64,000 bases of DNA from assembly GCA_013416795.1 (NCBI GenBank), contig RQSC01000520.1:11280-75279 (forward strand), given 5' to 3'. The translations under genes were made by a program, and so were the position numbers. Positions 58,259-64,000 of this stretch are shown one piece after another (position 1 is the first letter of the stretch; each line of letters starts with the position of its first letter). This DNA comes from Prasinococcaceae sp. CCMP 1430 (Eukaryota; Plantae; Prasinodermophyta). The notes below the pieces were generated by a model. That model searched no databases. It saw only the letters and a program-made list of their open reading frames with translations, and was not told where the DNA came from.

Positions 58259-59900
58259 TCAGTGCTTCGTGACAATCGTGCGGCGCTCGGAGAACGCGTC
58301 AAGCGAGTGGTGGCCCCCCTCGCGCCCGAGGCCCGAGTCTTTCATTCCCCCGAAGGCAACGCGCAGGTCGCGCTGCAGCCAGCAGTTCACCCACACCGTC
58401 CCCGCATCAATGGCGCGCGCGATACGCTGCGCGGCCCCGCTGTCGCCGGCGAAGACGCTCGCCGCGAGGCCGTACTTGGTGCCATTCGCGAGCGCAATCG
58501 CCTCCTCCTCGGTGTCGAAGGCTTGCAAGCTGGTCATAGGGCCAAATGTCTCGTTCTGCGTGATCCGGTCGTCCTGCTTGGCGCCCTCGAGTACGCAAGG
58601 CGCAACGAAGCATCCTCGTTGGCAGCGCTCCGGGAGGCCGGCGGGCGTGCCACCGCCGCACAGCAAGGTCGCGCCATCGTCGGCAGCTTCTTGCAACATT
58701 CGGCGCACCTTTTCCACCTGATTAGGATGGATGAGCGGGCCGCATTGCGTGCGACTGTCCTCGGGGTCGCCGACAACGAGCTCGCGCGCGGCATCCACGA
58801 GCGCGCCGCGCACCTTGTCGTACACGGCGCGCTGCACCAGTACACGCTCGCAGCACAGGCAAATCTGTCCATTGTTGAGGAAAGCCGCGCGAGCGAGCTC
58901 CCGCCCCACCAGATCCGTATCGGCGTCCGCCATCACCACGGCCGCGTTCTTGCCTCCTAGCTCGAGCGAGCAGCGCTGCATCGCGCAAGGAGGGTGTGGC
59001 AAGCGGCGAGGGAGAGAGCGAGAGGAAAAGAGAGAGAGAGGGAGGGGAGAAGAAATAGAATGAGCACGGGCGAGAACGTGCGCACGACCGCGTCGCCGTA
59101 GCATTCGCGCGGACTGGCATCGCGAGCAGCACACGTGCACGCGGTCGCCAGCGCGCGCGCGCACCTTAAAGAGCCTGCCGCAGTGCCCGCCCACGATGCG
59201 GCCGGTGACCGTGCCGCCGGTGAAGGAGACCATCTTGACGCTCGGGTGCCTCACGAGCGCGTCGCCAGCGCACGCGCCACGGCCGTGGACCACGTTGAAA
59301 ACACCGGGGGGGATGCCCGCCTCGGCGACGATCTCGCCAAGCGCGAGCGCTGTGAGCGGCGACCACTCGCTGGGCTTTGCCACCACGGTGTTACCCATGG
59401 CGAGCGCGGGCGCCACCTTCCACGTCAGCAGGTACAGCGGCAGGTTCCACGGCGTGATGAGCGCGCAAACGCCGTGGGGCGAGCGCTCCTCGTAGTTGAT
59501 CACGCCGTCGGACAGATGCGCAGGCGTGGCGCCGGCCTCGTGGCGCACGAAGGATGCGAAGAAGCGAAAGTTCTCCTCTGCGCGTGCGACATCCACCACG
59601 CGCGCCAGCTGGCGCGGCTTGCCGCAGTCGAGGCTCTCGAGCAGCGCGAGGTCGTCGGCGCGGGCGACGATGGCATCGGCGACGCGGACGAGCGCGTCGC
59701 AGCGTCGGTCGACGCTCCAGCCGCGCCATTCGGCGCCCGCCCTCCGCGCGGCCGCCACCGCCGCGTCGACGTCCTCCTCCGAAGAGTCGGCGACGAGCGT
59801 CAGCTCCTCGCCGTACGCCGGGGCGATGTTCGAGAGGGCGTGCGCCGGAGCGCCGCCGCCGCCGCCGCCGGCCGCCGCCTCCGCCNNNNNNNNNNNNNNN
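58259..59900 (-). CDS. ALDH8A1: 2-aminomuconic semialdehyde dehydrogenase (ALDH8A1-like); intron 58976..59164; start lies in or near the N gap at 59886-59900
   Basis: ESLDCGKP, ITPWNLPLYLLTWKVAPALA (ALDH8 signature), FTGGT, SLELGGKN, catalytic NGQICLC, ETFGP and FGGMKDSGLGREG. Confidence 0.88.
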
Positions 59901-60140
59901 NCCGCCCCAGCCGCCCCCGCCAGCCAACCGCAGCGCCCCGCTGCGCCGCATGCGCGTGCGCGTGCGCGCGCCCGCGCGCGCAATCCCGACGCGCCTCTTC
60001 GTTGCGCAGTGTATCATACCCACGGGAAACTCTTTTTGGCCCGGCGCGCGAGTGCGCGCGCGCGCGCGCGCGCGCCCGTTTTTTTTTTTGCGCGCGCGTC
60101 AGTTCCCCCCTTCGAAAACGCCGAACGATGTGCATTACTG

Positions 60141-60186
60141 TAACCCTGATTTAACCCTACAGTATACTGTAATTGTAACCCTAACC
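60141..60186. promoter_or_regulatory. Three TAACCCT (telo-box-like) motifs around a perfect 14-bp palindrome TACAGTATACTGTA in the ALDH8A1/KMO bidirectional promoter
   Basis: Read directly: TAACCCT at 60141, 60152 and ~60177; palindrome 60158..60171. Confidence 0.4.
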
Positions 60187-60500
60187 TCGACGCAACGTTT
60201 TTTTTCCCACAAGCGCGCGCGTTCCGGGGGCGCGTTCCGCGGGTTGAGACGATCGTTGGGATTGATTGATTGACGCCGGAGCGCTTCTCACTTTTCGGCG
60301 GAGCGAGCGGGCGTCGCTCGGCCCGCGCGCGCGCGCTGCCGCGCGCATCGGTGCGCAAGCAGCTGGGGGTCGTCGGCGCGCTCGTCGGCGCGGGGGGGGG
60401 CTCGAACGGACACTCGTGGGCGCGCGCGCGGCCCAGCCGCGGGAGCAGGCGCAGGCGCGGGGGCGGGGACGGGGACGGCGGTACGCGGCCCTAGGACGGC

Positions 60501-63034
60501 ATGGTGACAATGTCGCAGGACACGCCGCCCGTGGTGGTCGTTGGGGCGGGGCCGGTCGGCTGCGTGCTGGCGACGTGCCTTGCGCGCCGCGGTCGGCGCG
60601 TGCGCGTGTTCGAACAGCGCGCCGACCCCCGGGCGGGCACGGCGGGCTGGGGCGCCGAGGGGCGCTCGATCAACCTGGTCGTCACCGGACGCGGCTTCGC
60701 GGCACTCGAGCGCTTCGGCCTCGCCGACGCGCTGCGCGCCATCTCGGTGCCCATCCGCGGCCGCATGGTGCACAAGGCCGACGGGTCCACCGCGTACCAG
60801 CCTTATGGGATCGGCCACGAGGCCAACTACTCGATCTCGCGCGGGGAGATGAACAAAGAGCTCATGACGCTCGCGGAGGAGGTGCGAGTGCGCCCCGAAT
60901 CGGCCCTTCGCGCGCGCAGCGGCACCTCCAACAGCCGCGCCTGTGCCGGCGCCGCCCACACGCCGCGCGCGACGAAGCTCGCGCTGACCGCGCGGCGAAA
61001 CTCCCGCACACACACACCGTCCCCATCCTCGTGCGCGACGCGCCCGCGCCGCAGGCCGGCGTTGAGATCGCCTTCGGCGCCTCGTACGATGCGAAAGCGA
61101 GCGCGCCGCTCGCCGGCCGACACGTGGTGATCACCGCCGACGGCTCGCGGGTGGAGGTGCCCGCGAAGACGTACGTCTTTGCGGCCGATGGCGCGGGCTC
61201 GCGCGTACGCGCGGCGCTCGCTGCGGAGTGCGCGCGCGGCGAGGGCGGCGAGGTGACCTTCAAGGCGCGTAAGGAGCCGCTGGGCCATGGCTACAAGGAG
61301 GTGCTCTTCCCGCTGGGCAGGGACGGCGCGCCCACGATGCGCTCCGACGCGCTGCACATCTGGCCGAGAGGCCATCACATGCTCATGGCTCTGGCCAACC
61401 TGGACGGCTCCTTCACGGGCACCGTCTATCTGCCGGAGGAAGGCAAGGACAGCTTCGACGAGTGTGCCCAGGCGGGCGAGTTGGGTTCCAAGGACTTCTT
61501 TTCAACGCACTACCCCGACGCCACGCCGCTCCTCGACGACGAAATGCTGGACGTCCTGCTGCCCGCCGAGCGCGGCGGGGGCGCGCTGGGCATGCTGGGG
61601 ACCATGCGAGTCTCGACGTTCGCGCCCGCGCCCAGGCTGGCGCTCATCGGTGATGCCGCACACGCGATTGTACCGTTCTTCGGCCAGGGCTGCAACTGCT
61701 GCTTCGAAGATTGCGCGACGCTCGATGCAGCCATCGAAGCGGCTGGCGGCGCCGCCACCGACGCCAAGCTCGACGTGGCGGTTGCGGCCTGGGCGCGTGA
61801 GCGCAAGGTCAATGCTGACGCCATTGCTGACATGGCGCTGGAGAACTTTGAGGAAATGCGCTCAAAGGTGGGTGACGCGGCCTTCCTGCGCAAGAAGGCG
61901 CTTGAGCACGCCGTCGAGGAGGCCATGCCGGAGATGATGCGCTCGCGCTACGCGATGGTCGCGTCGTCGACCATTTCGTACGCTACATGCTTCCAGGCGG
62001 GCTTGGCCATTGAGGGCATCCTGGCGGAGCTCGCGGCGTCCATGGAGGATGACGCGCCCGCCGAGGCCTTCGATCGCCCGCTCGCGCGTCGCCTCATCGC
62101 CGAGCGCCTCACGCCCATACTGCACGGCGCGGGCGTGTCCGACCTGTCGTTTGGCTCAGGTGGCGCCAAGCGGAAGGTCGGCATTCTCGGATACGGTCAT
62201 CTCGGGCAGCACCTGTACGGCGCTATCCAAGACGGCGCGCCGGGCACTGAGGGCCTCGAGGTTGCGTTCGTGTGGAATCGCTCCGCTGACAAGCTCGAAT
62301 CGCTGCCCGAGGCGCTGCGCCTGACGGGCGACGCCTCGGTGTGTGTGCGCGAGGCGCAGGCGCGCGGCGTCGGCGTGGTGGTCGAGGTAGCGCATCCCAG
62401 CATCTCGGTGGCCCTCGCAGCGCCCCTGCTGCGATCGGGCGTGGACTTCGTGTGTGGCTCGCCCACGGCGCTCGCCGACTCGAAGGCTGAGGCTTCCATG
62501 CGCGAGGCCACCAAAGGCGTGCAGAGCGGTGGCTTGTACATTCCCAGTGGCGCATTCTGGGGGGCGCAGGACGTCCAGGCACTCTCCAACCGCGGCGGCC
62601 TCGCCGAGCTTGTGGTCACCATGAAGAAGCACCCGTCGAGCTTCAGGCTGAACGACGCCACCTTGGACGCGAAGCGCGAGACGGCGACCAAGGAGGGCTC
62701 TGGCGAGACGCTGCTGTACGAGGGCCCCGTGCGGGGGCTGTGCCCCCTTGCGCCAAATAACGTGAACACGATGGCGTGCGCGGCGCTCGCGGCGGCGGGC
62801 TTGGGCTTCGATGGGGTGACAGGGAGGCTGGTCGCGGACCCCTCCCTGGTGACGCACGAGATCGAAATTGAGACGCGCGGGCCGACTCGCCCGGACGGCT
62901 CGCGCTTCAGCTGCGTCACCAAGCGGTCGAGCCCCGCGCCTCCCGGTGCAGTGACCTCAAAGGCCACATACGGCTCGTTCCTGGAGAGCCTCGTGCGCGC
63001 AAGGGGGCGCGGCGCGGGCGTGCACTTCGTGTGA
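60501..63034 (+). CDS. KMO: Kynurenine 3-monooxygenase fused to an ASPDH (aspartate-dehydrogenase-domain) protein; join(60501..60881,61055..63034), 786 aa
   Basis: KMO motifs VVGAGPVG, GRSINL, ALHIWPRG, LIGDAAHAIVPFFGQG and NADAIADMALENF. ASPDH motifs KVGILGYGHLG, VEVAHP, GSPTAL, YIPSGAFWG, MKKHP and CPLAPNNVNTMA. No stop codon between the two domains. Confidence 0.92.
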
Positions 63035-63201
63035 TGAGTTTTTCCTGTAGAGCACATGTATGTACTTTGTGTATCGAAGAAGGTGCCCAACTGCGCCATT
63101 CGCCACCTGCGCGTGCAGCGCAGCGCGTGCGTGGAGTCGGCAGGGCCGAGGGGCACGCTCGCGCGCAGAGGGTCACTTGAAGCACTGTACGTAATTAATT
63201 A

Positions 63202-64000
63202 TTAGGGCGCCTTGTTGCCTACCGCTCGGTCCTGGCGCTCGACGCGCACCCGCCCCCGTTTCTGCGGATGTCCGCGGTGCTGCCGGCCGCGCGCTGGTAG
63301 CACAGAGAAGGGCCCATTCTTCTCGGCAGAGTCGGCGCGCTCGACAACCACAAAGCCGTCCGAGCGCATGCGTGCGAGTGCAGCTTCGAGTGCGTCGCCG
63401 TCCGCCTTGCCGAGCTCGTACGTGTCGGCCTCCCACGCGGGCGCCAGCGCCTGTGTGCCCGCAGCTGCCTCCCCCTTTGCCTGCGCCTGGTCGCGTGCGC
63501 GGCTCTGCGCGCGCGCGCGCTCGAGCTTGACGAAGGGCACGAAAGAGCGGCCGTTGGGCCGATAGCCCCTGCCGGGCATCGCGCGCAGGTGCGCCCACGC
63601 GCGCACCACCTCGCCCTTGGAGCACCAGCCATCGATCAGCGTGTTGTGCGCCTTCGGACGGCGGCGGAGCGAGTCAGCGGCGTCGCCTGGGTGCGCGTCG
63701 TGACGAGCGAACACTCCACGCGCGTGGACGGGTTGCGCGTGCGCGGGCCCATCGAAGCTCGAAGCGCGCGCGCGCGCATGCACGCACCTGCAGATCGGCC
63801 GCCACGCCCGCGTCGCGCATCTGCTCGAGAGTGAACTCGGCGGCGCTCATGTCGCCTTCGCGGCAGTAGTGCGCCATGAGCGTGGAGAACGAGACCACGT
63901 TGGGCGAGAGTCCCGCCTGCTGCATCTCGGCCAGTGCGCGCTCGGCACCAGCGATGTCGCCGACGTGACACCGCGCCTGCGCGCGCGGCGCATTGTTCGC
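63202..64000 (-). CDS. Pentatricopeptide-repeat protein, 3' part (continues beyond the window); intron 63652..63787
   Basis: PPR repeats AERALAEMQQAGLSPNVVSFSTLMAHYCREG and HNTLIDGWCSKGEVVRA..GYRPN. Confidence 0.85.

Overview
Eukaryotic nuclear DNA, very GC-rich and gene-dense, with short GT-AG introns (donor GTGCGC/GTAAG, branch GCTGAC, acceptor GCAG), TGTAA-type poly(A) signals and (CG)n tracts. These features fit a prasinophyte-grade green alga; a Prasinoderma-like species is my inference, not a determination. I can support about 29 protein-coding genes and reconstructed most exon structures by hand. Housekeeping and regulatory genes: NF-YC, HDDC2, DUF1997, sphingolipid delta-8-type desaturase, GH5 endoglycoceramidase, group-A bZIP, class I/II aminotransferase, TRF-like Myb, WDR44, DEX1, YqaJ nuclease, CPL4, DUF4336, eIF4G, GSK3, UAP56, NEK6/7 and a PPR gene. 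Main finding: a two-exon gene (56767-58147) fusing an RNase HI domain with all four catalytic acids to a domain that aligns motif-for-motif with animal Shiftless (SHFL/C19orf66/RyDEN), the antiviral inhibitor of -1 ribosomal frameshifting. Next to it is a kynurenine-pathway pair, ALDH8A1 head-to-head with a KMO-ASPDH fusion. Other oddities: a bacterial DUF2182 fragment joined to a plastid accD fragment upstream of the eIF4G main exon, a 39-aa microprotein ORF directly before a SASA-GT2 fusion gene, a cyanobacterial RecG-like N-terminal domain on the YqaJ nuclease, and a WW domain inserted in DEX1. All family assignments come from motif recognition from memory; no searches were run. No rRNA, tRNA, CRISPR array or intact mobile element was recognised.
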